This document shows, piece after piece, positions 21,159 through 29,218 of a stretch of DNA of 56,363 nucleotides. The notes under the pieces were generated by a model. It had not been told where the DNA came from. It did no database searches and saw only the letters and a program-made list of their open reading frames with translations. A program made the translations under genes and the position numbers. Positions within the stretch are counted from its first letter, which is position 1. Each line of letters begins with the position of its first letter. Origin of the DNA: Psychromonas sp. (GTDB lineage: Bacteria; Pseudomonadota; Gammaproteobacteria; Enterobacterales; Psychromonadaceae); the NCBI GenBank assembly GCA_028041985.1, contig JAOFNL010000001.1:1-56363 (forward strand). The letters run 5' to 3'.

Positions 21159-21683
21159 TTAAACTGGCTTTTTGCAAACAATTTGTGCAATAGCTCGGTC
21201 AGGATCATGTTTGATCCCTTCAAAATAATAGATCTCTTGCCAGTCTTTAAAAATAGATTTTAATTCTCCGGTCTTTAATAAAAATTGCTCTCGATGTGGT
21301 CGACCAAATTGTTTATTTAGTTCGGTAAATGTTTCATAAATTAAAATACCGCCGGGTTTGATAGCTTGTTTAATATGTTCAAATAACGGCCTATGGAGAT
21401 ATCTAAATACAATCACACCTTGAAGCTGCATTGCAGATAACTTGATTGCATCTAGTTGTGATTCGGACTCAAAATCTGCACACCAAGTTTCAGTAGTAGC
21501 GCTATTTGGTAGTGCTGCCAAATTTGATAAGTGTTGTTGCTGGACATCTGCAAACATGACTGCTAAGTCATTATCTTTTAAATACAATCCATTCTGTCCA
21601 ACACCACAAGCTAAATCTAATATAGTGCCTTGTTCAGGCTTAAAGAGATGAAAGTGCTCCTGTAATAATTGAGCAACCGCCAT
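21159..21683 (-). CDS. Class I SAM-dependent methyltransferase (TehB-like)
   Basis: LDLACGVGQNG motif I, FRYLHRPL, KPGG.LIYETF. Confidence 0.8.
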   Translation of the reverse strand: MAVAQLLQEHFHLFKPEQGTILDLACGVGQNGLYLKDNDLAVMFADVQQQHLSNLAALPNSATTETWCADFESESQLDAIKLSAMQLQGVIVFRYLHRPLFEHIKQAIKPGGILIYETFTELNKQFGRPHREQFLLKTGELKSIFKDWQEIYYFEGIKHDPDRAIAQIVCKKPV

Positions 21684-23101
21684 TATTGCAATGCCTCTAT
21701 TAAATCTTTGATATTTTTAAGCGGTATAATGGTTTGGTCGCCTTTGACGAATTGCTGCATTGATGCATGATATGCAACGGTTGGAATATAAATTTGTTTC
21801 TTACCATGGCTCAAGGCTTCTCGTACTCTTGGCACAATTTGTGGAATTTGGCGTAACTCACCAGTTAAGGCTAATTCTCCAATAAACACTGCATCTAACG
21901 GTAATGGTTTTGAATTAATTGAACTGAGCAACGCAGCAGTCACTGCCATATCGGTTGAAGTTTCTGAATCTGCCATTTTTAATCCTCCCACTAAACTGAT
22001 GTTGATGTCATAGTAGGTAGGAATACCTCCGTGTTTTTTTAATACAGCAGTAATGAGAGATAAACGGCTGTAAGAAACACCAATACAGTTGCGAATTGAC
22101 TTTTCTCCTTCAACTTCAGTCGCGAGGGCCTGAATTTCTATTAATAAATTACGCGCTCCATCTTTAATCACTGAAATAGCAGAACCTTCAAAATGTTCTT
22201 CACTACCTGATAAAAATAAACGGCTTGGATTATCAACAGATCGCATTCCTTTTTCAGTCATTTGAAAAATGCCTACTTGCTCTGTATCACCAAATCGATT
22301 TTTATCTGCCCGAAGGATACGCACAGCGGCATCATTCACTTCAATGTGAATCGCTGTATCGATAATATGTTTGAGTGTTTGTGGGCCAGCCATTTGTGAG
22401 TTTTTATTCACTTGTCCTACTAAAATTAGCGTAATACCGTGTTGTTTACATAAACGGTTTAATATTTTTGCACAGGTTTTAACTTGAGTGACACCTCCTG
22501 CCGAGCCATCAACAGAATTTGATTCAAAGGCTTGAATAGAATCGGCAATAAGAAACTTAACTTGATTTTCAATACATTGATTCACTATCTCTTCAATACT
22601 ATCTGTATCTGATAATAGAAAATTGGCTTCGTTGAAGTTTAAATTTAATCGTTCAATACCTCGTTTAGCCCATTGACTTAAACTTTCTTCCGCAGTGACA
22701 TACAGTGTTGACATACTTTGGGACATCACTGAAGCTACTTTCGTGAGCAGGGTCGTTTTACCCGAACCAGGGTCGCCACTAATTAAGACTACGGAGCCTA
22801 AAGTTATACCGTCACCCAATACACGGTCTAATTCACTGAGCCCTGTAGAAACACGTTGTGCATGTTCGACTTGAACGGTTGAGATGCGTTGCACGCCATT
22901 ACTTGAAATACCTGCATAACCACCTTGTGTATTATTGTTTCGGTTGATGGCTGCATTCACTGATTTGCTGGTGCTAGATGCTTCACGGAATTCAGTAATG
23001 GTATTCCAAGCCTTACATTCCCCACATTGACCTTGCCATTTTGTGTAGTCAGCCCCGCAGTCACTGCAAACATATGAAATTTTAGTTTTTACCTTTGCCA
23101 T
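21683..23101 (-). CDS. radA: DNA repair protein RadA/Sms (divergent)
   Basis: CSDC...CGEC zinc finger, GDPGSGKT Walker A, KNRFG motif, Lon-like C-terminus (GELALTGELR). Confidence 0.9.
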   Translation of the reverse strand: MAKVKTKISYVCSDCGADYTKWQGQCGECKAWNTITEFREASSTSKSVNAAINRNNNTQGGYAGISSNGVQRISTVQVEHAQRVSTGLSELDRVLGDGITLGSVVLISGDPGSGKTTLLTKVASVMSQSMSTLYVTAEESLSQWAKRGIERLNLNFNEANFLLSDTDSIEEIVNQCIENQVKFLIADSIQAFESNSVDGSAGGVTQVKTCAKILNRLCKQHGITLILVGQVNKNSQMAGPQTLKHIIDTAIHIEVNDAAVRILRADKNRFGDTEQVGIFQMTEKGMRSVDNPSRLFLSGSEEHFEGSAISVIKDGARNLLIEIQALATEVEGEKSIRNCIGVSYSRLSLITAVLKKHGGIPTYYDINISLVGGLKMADSETSTDMAVTAALLSSINSKPLPLDAVFIGELALTGELRQIPQIVPRVREALSHGKKQIYIPTVAYHASMQQFVKGDQTIIPLKNIKDLIEALQ

Positions 23102-23159
23102 TATTTATTCCGTTTATCGATGTCATTTATTTGTTGCTTTAAAAATGAGTGTTGAATAT

Positions 23160-23822
23160 CTAATCTGTTGATTCGATATTTTTATTAAACAATCTAATTG
23201 CTTGATTTGATTTAGCGTAATCATAACCATGTGAGGTCAAATGCCGTAACGCTTTGTTTATCTGTTTTTGTTCTAGAATACACTCCATAAATTTATGAGT
23301 TAATAATTCACATGCATGATTAAGGTCATTAAAAATAGGAGTGGGATAATGCTCATTATGAGATTCTACGGCCAATGTAATAATATCGAAACTGTGTCCT
23401 TTCGCCTGTAAAAAAGCCATGGCTTTTTGTTTTAAGTAGGGCGTCACAATCGCTTCTTTAAATCTACTTTCTAGGAGCTGTTGCGCTGAATCGACATAAT
23501 TAAATTCGTTATTAAGTAAAACTTGTTTTATTAGTTTTTCATTAATCCCTTTCATCTTTAAATCTTGCTTTATGCGAGATTGGCCATGGCCTTTATTTTG
23601 CGCATTGCGTAAAAAAGATTCTGTAAAGCGTTGGTCATTTAAGTAATTAAAATCTAAACATTCATCTATTACCGTATTAATCCAATCAATATTATCTGTT
23701 TTTCGTTGTAATTTTTTTAATAATTCCAATTCACTATGGTCACGTCGTGACAAGTGCCAAAAAGCACTTCGCCTTACGCCTTCAATGTCTTTTGCAATTT
23801 TTATGGGTTTATTAGCAAACAT
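23160..23822 (-). CDS. recX: Regulatory protein RecX with an extra C-terminal repeat
   Basis: LSRRDHSELEL..KL, YLNDQRF, G..RIKQDL..KGI, FLQAKGHS three-helix repeats. Confidence 0.85.
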   Translation of the reverse strand: MFANKPIKIAKDIEGVRRSAFWHLSRRDHSELELLKKLQRKTDNIDWINTVIDECLDFNYLNDQRFTESFLRNAQNKGHGQSRIKQDLKMKGINEKLIKQVLLNNEFNYVDSAQQLLESRFKEAIVTPYLKQKAMAFLQAKGHSFDIITLAVESHNEHYPTPIFNDLNHACELLTHKFMECILEQKQINKALRHLTSHGYDYAKSNQAIRLFNKNIESTD

Positions 23823-23835
23823 GATAACTCACTGG

Positions 23836-23853
23836 GTGTGTTTTTATACAGTA
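23836..23853 (-). promoter_or_regulatory. Possible SOS (LexA) box upstream of recX-radA
   Basis: Minus strand TACTGTATAAAAACACAC = CTG-N10-CAC, one mismatch from CTG-N10-CAG. Confidence 0.45.
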
Positions 23854-23924
23854 TATATTGAAATGTAACAAATATGCAAAATGGCGGTAGTTTATCTTAA
23901 TAATTAATAGTTTCTTGAAAGCAA

Positions 23925-23952
23925 TTGAAATCTTTGCTTAGCAATCTATAAT
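23925..23952 (+). promoter_or_regulatory. Sigma-70 promoter for yhhQ
   Basis: TTGAAA-N16-TATAAT about 28 nt before the riboswitch. Confidence 0.6.
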
Positions 23953-23980
23953 ACGGCTTCCAATTTTGGAATTAAATTAA

Positions 23981-24017
23981 ACGGGTTCCCTCACCCCGTG
24001 TTTACAGTTAAAAAGGT
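23981..24017 (+). ncRNA. preQ1 class I riboswitch (gammaproteobacterial yhhQ type)
   Basis: ACGGG-TTCCCTCAC-CCCGT stem-loop followed by an AAAAAGGT tail overlapping the RBS of yhhQ. Confidence 0.88.
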
Positions 24018-24023
24018 CAAAAT

Positions 24024-24674
24024 ATGTTATCACTTTCAAACACGCAAATTCGCCGTGCTATTACGCTGTTGGTTGGATTTCACATCATCATTATTTGCGC
24101 GAGCAATTACTTAGTACAACTCCCTTTCACTATTTTTGGTTGGCATACTACTTGGGGAGCATTTAGTTTTCCATTTGTGTATTTAGCGACCGATTTGACC
24201 GTTAGGATATTTGGTCAAAAAAGTGCTCGAGTTATCATTTTTAAAGCAATGGTACCGGCTTTGATTATCTCTTATTTTGTTGGTGTCTTATTTCATCAAG
24301 GACTTTTTCAAGGTGCTAGTGCATTAGTTGAGTTCAATAGTTTCGTATTTCGAATTGCATTTGCTAGTTTTGCTGCTTACCTTTTAGGTCAATTATTAGA
24401 TATTAAAGTGTTTGCCAGGTTACGTAAAAATAAAAGCTGGTGGGTAGCACCAACTGCGTCAACAATATTTGGTAATTTGTTAGATACGTTGGTCTTTTTC
24501 TCTTTCGCTTTTTACGCCTCAACAGATAGCTTTATGGCTGCTAATTGGCCTGAAATTGCAGCTGTTGATTATGGTTTTAAATTATTAGTTAGCTTATTGC
24601 TATTTCTTCCGGCATACGGAGTGCTTTTAAGCATTTTAGAAAAACGAATTATTAGCATACCTACGCAAAAATAA
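24024..24674 (+). CDS. yhhQ: Queuosine precursor (preQ0/preQ1) transporter YhhQ
   Basis: SNYLVQLP, TWGAFSFPF.YLATDLTVRIFG, RIAFASF.AY..GQLLD; riboswitch upstream. Confidence 0.92.
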   Translation: MLSLSNTQIRRAITLLVGFHIIIICASNYLVQLPFTIFGWHTTWGAFSFPFVYLATDLTVRIFGQKSARVIIFKAMVPALIISYFVGVLFHQGLFQGASALVEFNSFVFRIAFASFAAYLLGQLLDIKVFARLRKNKSWWVAPTASTIFGNLLDTLVFFSFAFYASTDSFMAANWPEIAAVDYGFKLLVSLLLFLPAYGVLLSILEKRIISIPTQK

Positions 24675-24689
24675 TCCTTCACTACTTTT

Positions 24690-24718
24690 AGCATCAACAA
24701 ATAAATGTTGATGCTTTA
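24690..24718 (+). terminator. Intrinsic terminator after yhhQ
   Basis: AGCATCAACA-aataaa-TGTTGATGCT followed by TT. Confidence 0.7.
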
Positions 24719-24900
24719 TATTTCATTAACTAGAAAAAATGGCGCTTAAAAACAGTGATATTTACTAACGAGAGGAAATGTAAAGAATTGTAAAGAGAGT
24801 TAAATTTTATATTTCAGGCGTTATAATTATTTCATTGGAAGCAAAACATAAATGGATCTTAACTGTGGCAATTTTTCCATAATAGGTTGAGGTCATTTTT

Positions 24901-25136
24901 ATGCAATTAGAAAAGGTTATTTCCATTCAATCTAAATCTATATATTAGCTGAATTTTGCTATGTTCAAGAGCAACATAGATTGAAATTAGGCTCTTGTTT
25001 GTCTGAGAAATTCCCAGTTAATAGCAAAATAGAATGTCATAAAAGTATTTCTAGCTATCAAATGGTTGAAGTTATTCAAGTCGATCTGGTAGAAATGATT
25101 ACATCGAATGGTCATTCCTATTTATACAGTTATTAA
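24901..25136 (+). pseudogene. Probable small (~77 aa) hypothetical gene with a frameshift near 24940
   Basis: GAGGT RBS and ATG at 24901 (MQLEKVISIQSKSI..), then a second frame open 24936-25136 (LAEFCYVQEQ...YLYSY*); span 236 = 3n+2. Confidence 0.45.
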
Positions 25137-25843
25137 TTTTTATTTGAATAAATAGCTTGTAGTTGATCCCAGTGAAAATTTTGCCAACTATCTGGCTTAG
25201 GCCATGATGAAGGGGGAGCGGTTAATTGAAAATGAATTATGTTAGTAATGGCTTCACCATGAAAATTATTAGAAACAACAATTTTAGAGTGTGGGGCGAT
25301 ACATATAGTTAAAGCATTGGTGATAGATAACAATAAATCATCATCTGGTTTATCATTTTGGCTTTCATAGTCATACATCGCTCTTATTTTATGAGCTGAA
25401 TCGGTTTCAGATTTTAGTAATAGAAAATATAATAATCCGTTATGTTCTGGTTCTTTGAAACATTTTACTGCTAGTACTTGATAACACTCTGTCAGCGCTT
25501 TTTGTTGTTTAAGATCTGCTGTCACTAGGGCGTATTCGTTAGGGGATTCTGCTAGCCAACGTTTTGTGGAGTTAATAGCCAAAAACGCTGCTAATAGAAT
25601 TAATAACGGGAATAGGAATTTTGCGTATTCACTGCTTATGCCTATATCGACAGTAAATATGGCAGAAATAATTAAACTGCCGATAAACCAAGCAATACAA
25701 AAAGCGGTTAAAGAAAATATCCAAAAAACAGCAGTATTTAATGCAGCTTTAAGGTGCCGTTTACGTGGTACTGGCAATGAATTAAGTGCTTTTTGCAGGT
25801 ATTCTTGCTCTTGCTTGGTAAAATTACGAGAGTTGTCAAACAC
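25133..25843 (-). CDS. Hypothetical membrane protein (two TM helices plus soluble C-terminal domain)
   Basis: 236-aa ORF with two hydrophobic stretches; directly follows the DUF2960 gene. Confidence 0.7.
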   Translation of the reverse strand: MFDNSRNFTKQEQEYLQKALNSLPVPRKRHLKAALNTAVFWIFSLTAFCIAWFIGSLIISAIFTVDIGISSEYAKFLFPLLILLAAFLAINSTKRWLAESPNEYALVTADLKQQKALTECYQVLAVKCFKEPEHNGLLYFLLLKSETDSAHKIRAMYDYESQNDKPDDDLLLSITNALTICIAPHSKIVVSNNFHGEAITNIIHFQLTAPPSSWPKPDSWQNFHWDQLQAIYSNKN

Positions 25844-25863
25844 AAATGGACTTCCGGTGAAAA

Positions 25864-26130
25864 TTATTTTTTATTTTTACTATCTTTAGATTCATCTCGT
25901 ACAAACTTGATTTCAGAAAAACCCATGCGTTCGAACTCGTTTGCACGGTAATTTTTCATAATACCTTGGCCACGGCAACTCATTTCGATTTGTTTTTCCA
26001 TTGCCCAAAAAGAGGTTAAATCAACACCTTCAGCAGCTGCAACACCTTCGTAAATATCAAAGTGTTGGCTATATGAAAAAGTAATTGTTTTTTGGGTGCC
26101 CTTGTAAAAATAGGTAACTTCTCGTGCCAT
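25864..26130 (-). CDS. DUF2960 family protein
   Basis: MAR.V.Y.YKG..K.I.FSY, EGVAAAEGVDLT.F..ME.Q pattern; GGAT RBS. Confidence 0.7.
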   Translation of the reverse strand: MAREVTYFYKGTQKTITFSYSQHFDIYEGVAAAEGVDLTSFWAMEKQIEMSCRGQGIMKNYRANEFERMGFSEIKFVRDESKDSKNKK

Positions 26131-26237
26131 TGGTTTATCTCAATAATTAAAAATGGGATTTTATCACAGCTTCAGGCCTTGCTATAACAACCTTTTAAAA
26201 AGAATGAATAATGATTCTATACTAGGCTAATACAGTA

Positions 26238-26402
26238 TAATACTAATTACATTAAATAAGTTATCTAAATTTTACGCAGGAAAAATGGTTTAGTTTAAGG
26301 CGTAAGTTGAGGTAAATGGTGTTCCCTTTACGACACTGACAACCAAGAAATAAGTTATTTTAACAACTAAAATAGATCAGTTAAATAACGTGATTGGTAT
26401 AA
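26238..26402 (+). mobile_element. MITE-like repeat, 159-bp full-length form (copy 3) with TAA duplication
   Basis: TAA|TACTAAT...ATTGGTA|TAA; element 26241-26399; imperfect palindrome over its whole length. Confidence 0.85.
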
Positions 26403-26522
26403 GCATCATATTTTTAACAAATCGCTATGTCGAGATCGATGCGGCATATAAATATTAATTATTTAACCTCACTTGGACCTATTTTATCCTGAATTGAGGA
26501 AACTATAACCTAAAGGGTCTTT

Positions 26523-28247
26523 ATGTCGCTTAATCTTTCTCATAATAACTTGATGGCTTTAGCTGATCATTCATTTAAAACGTTTTCTTCAAATCTCCTT
26601 GTCACAAATGTTGGTGAAACAGGAATCACTTATCAACAGGCACAGCAAAAAGTAATTGAATTGCAGTCCATGTTTAAAGAATTAGGAGTAAAACAAGGAG
26701 ATAAAATTGCGATATGCAGTGAAAACATGCCAAATTGGGGGATCGTTTATCTAGCTATCACTGCTATGGGAGCTATTGCGGTTCCAATTTTGCCAGATTT
26801 TCATGGTAACGAAATTCATCATATTATTAAACATTCTGAAGCTAAAGCGTTGTTTGTTTCTGAAAAAATGTGTTTAAAACTCAACGAAGAGGATTTCAGC
26901 TCAAATTTATCTTATGTATTTTCCTTAGAAACATTAAATTTGATTGAAGATAAAACACAGCTGCATTCTGAGTTTATGATAAAAGGCGTTCAGACGATCA
27001 CACAAATGAAAGAAAAAGTGATTTCGTTTGCTAAACAAAAAAAGCTATTAAAAATTAGTGACTTTGATAAAAGATTAATTATAAACCCGCATGACATAGC
27101 TGTGATTATTTATACTTCAGGGACAACAGGTCAATCGAAAGGAGTAATGTTAAGTCATTACAATTTAACAGCTCAACTATACCAAGCAAACACATTAGCT
27201 GATATCAACGAAATGGATCGATTTTTATCGATTCTGCCACTTGCACATACTTTTGAGTGCTCAGTTGGTTTTCTCGTCCCTTTTGCAAATGGGGCTTCTA
27301 TTCATTATATAAATAAAGTGCCTTCTCCTAAAATTATACTGGCTGCCATGCAGAAAGTTAAACCGACTTGCATGTTAAGTGTCCCATTAGTCATTGAAAA
27401 AATTTATAAAAGTAAAATCTTGGTAGAATTTCATAAAAATAAAGTACTTAAGTATCTCTATGAAAATGTAAGCGTTGTACGAAAAAAATTAAACAAAATA
27501 GCGGGTAAAAAATTGATGCAAAGTTTCGGTGGAGAAATGAAATTTTTTGGTATCGGTGGTGCTAAATTATCTCGGTTTGTTGAACAATTTCTATTGGAAG
27601 CAAATTTCCCATATGCAATCGGGTATGGGTTGACTGAAACGGCTCCCATTATAGCAGGTGCAGTACCTGGTAAAACCCGGTTAGGTACAACTGGGGTATT
27701 TGCCCCTGAAATAGAATATCGATTTATAAAACAACATGAAAATGATCATGAAGGTGAGTTACACGTTCGAGGCCCTAATGTCATGGTTGGATATTATAAA
27801 GATAAGGAGCGAACTGCTGAAGTGTTAGATGCTGAAGGGTGGTTGAATACCGGCGATTTAGGTTATGTTGATGAGCAGGGTATATTAACAATAAGCGGGC
27901 GAAGTAAAAATGTCATTATTGGCTCAAGTGGAGAAAATATTTATCCTGAAGCTATTGAGTCAGTGATAGAGCAGCACCCTTTAGTGGTAGATTCTATGGT
28001 ATATGAATTAGATAAAAAATTAGTGGCTAAAATTCATATTGATTACGATTTATTTGATGAACAACATAACCTAAAAACCAGTAGTGACGCTGAATTGCAT
28101 GAGGATATTATTTCTTTATTGGAAAGTATTAAGAAGGAAACGAATCAACAGATATCTTCATTCTCACAAATCAGATCTGTGATAGAACAAACGGAACCTT
28201 TCATTAAAACACCGACTAAAAAAATTAAACGTTATCTTCATATGTAG
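26523..28247 (+). CDS. Long-chain fatty acid-CoA ligase (AMP-binding family)
   Basis: IYTSGTTGQSKG, GYGLTET, GPNVMVGYY, TGDLG, GRSKNVI motifs. Confidence 0.88.
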   Translation: MSLNLSHNNLMALADHSFKTFSSNLLVTNVGETGITYQQAQQKVIELQSMFKELGVKQGDKIAICSENMPNWGIVYLAITAMGAIAVPILPDFHGNEIHHIIKHSEAKALFVSEKMCLKLNEEDFSSNLSYVFSLETLNLIEDKTQLHSEFMIKGVQTITQMKEKVISFAKQKKLLKISDFDKRLIINPHDIAVIIYTSGTTGQSKGVMLSHYNLTAQLYQANTLADINEMDRFLSILPLAHTFECSVGFLVPFANGASIHYINKVPSPKIILAAMQKVKPTCMLSVPLVIEKIYKSKILVEFHKNKVLKYLYENVSVVRKKLNKIAGKKLMQSFGGEMKFFGIGGAKLSRFVEQFLLEANFPYAIGYGLTETAPIIAGAVPGKTRLGTTGVFAPEIEYRFIKQHENDHEGELHVRGPNVMVGYYKDKERTAEVLDAEGWLNTGDLGYVDEQGILTISGRSKNVIIGSSGENIYPEAIESVIEQHPLVVDSMVYELDKKLVAKIHIDYDLFDEQHNLKTSSDAELHEDIISLLESIKKETNQQISSFSQIRSVIEQTEPFIKTPTKKIKRYLHM

Positions 28248-28304
28248 GGTTCAGAATTCGATTAGCCATATTTTTATGAAAGGCAGTTAGCAAAGTAGAT
28301 AGGA

Positions 28305-28330
28305 AGGTATGTTAAATAGTTAACATACCT
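28305..28330 (+). terminator. Hairpin downstream of the acyl-CoA ligase
   Basis: AGGTATGTTAA-atag-TTAACATACCT perfect 11-bp stem; no T tail. Confidence 0.5.
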
Positions 28331-28360
28331 CACACTCGACTCCGTTTTTAAAGTATTGGT

Positions 28361-28402
28361 TTGATCCATATCAAAGGTAATTTTTACGTCTTTAACTACT
28401 GT
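28361..28402 (+). promoter_or_regulatory. FNR box with candidate class II -10 element
   Basis: TTGAT-CCAT-ATCAA perfect consensus (28361-28374); TACTGT at 28397-28402 places the box near -41.5. Confidence 0.7.
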
Positions 28403-28482
28403 TCATTTAACATGAATTATTTATAAATTTAACTATAAATAATTAACTGATTTTAAATGAACTAATTGTTAAGGAAGTGAAA

Positions 28483-28620
28483 ATGGACTTTATATCGATA
28501 CTATTTAGTGATCCTGTTGTTGCCTCCGCTGTTGCTGTAATTACAGCAACTTGCATCATTATGGGATATCTTAGTTATTATTTTTTGAAAAACATAATTA
28601 GAGCTGAGCCTCCTAAATAA
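28483..28620 (+). CDS. 45-aa single-TM small protein, DUF3149-like (below the ORF-track cutoff)
   Basis: AAGGAAG RBS; MDFISILFSDPVVASAVAVITATCIIMGYLSYYFLKNIIRAEPPK*. Confidence 0.75.
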   Translation: MDFISILFSDPVVASAVAVITATCIIMGYLSYYFLKNIIRAEPPK

Positions 28621-28651
28621 TTTATATTAATTAGCATCAGGTTGTTGCTGT

Positions 28652-28705
28652 AGAAATAAGTTATGTTAACAAGTAAAATAGATCAGTTAATTAACGTGAT
28701 TGGTA
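28652..28705 (+). mobile_element. MITE-like repeat, right arm only (copy 4)
   Basis: AGAAATAAGTTATGTTAACAAGTAAAATAGATCAGTTAATTAACGTGATTGGTA matches the 3' end of copies 1 and 3. Confidence 0.8.
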
Positions 28706-28873
28706 TTGAAGACCATTTTAATATTTTGGCCTTTAAGTTTGCTTTCATTCAACGATTGGCTGACTTAATCTTCGATTCCTTAAACATCACATTGTTCTTA
28801 AACTGATTCCTATGATAAATCTAGGTACAATATTGCATATCGGAATATCATAAGTAATCAGAGAAGAGGTAAC

Positions 28874-29153
28874 ATGGCTCAGACCGCAGCAGCACTTCAT
28901 ATTTTAGTGAAACATCAAGAAAAAGCAGAAGACATTATTGAACAGTTGAAAAAGGGCGCTAAATTTCAAACGCTTGCCAAAAAATATTCAACTTGCCCAT
29001 CAGGCAAAAAAGGGGGGGGATTTAGGTGAATTCAAAAAAGGGCAGATGGTGCCGGCCTTTGATAAAGTCTGTTTTAATGCTGAATTAATAACGCCACATT
29101 TAGTAAAAACTAAGTTCGGTTGGCATGTAATTAAAGTGCTATACAGAACTTAA
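28874..29153 (+). pseudogene. ppiC: Parvulin peptidyl-prolyl isomerase PpiC with a +1 frameshift in a G8 run (29012-29019); may be a sequencing error
   Basis: [13 protein letters not shown]...[15 protein letters not shown] | [19 protein letters not shown]...KTKFGWHVIKVLYRT*; span 280 = 3n+1. Confidence 0.88.
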
Positions 29154-29178
29154 AACTGATGAAATTAAAATAATCAAT

Positions 29179-29208
29179 ATTGCACGTTTTTGTGTAAAAA
29201 CGTGCAAT
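29179..29208. terminator. Bidirectional terminator between ppiC and the radical SAM gene
   Basis: ATTGCACGTTTTT-gtgt-AAAAACGTGCAAT perfect 13-bp stem. Confidence 0.75.
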
Positions 29209-29218
29209 CGATATTTAA

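Noticed and set aside
23883-23894. RfaH ops-like element GGCGGTAGTTTA
   Set aside because: Lies upstream of the predicted yhhQ promoter and precedes a single short gene, not a long RfaH-type operon
24938-24946. Extra TA as an excision footprint of the MITE
   Set aside because: The element duplicates 3 bp (TTA/TAA), not TA; simple dinucleotide slippage or error is more parsimonious
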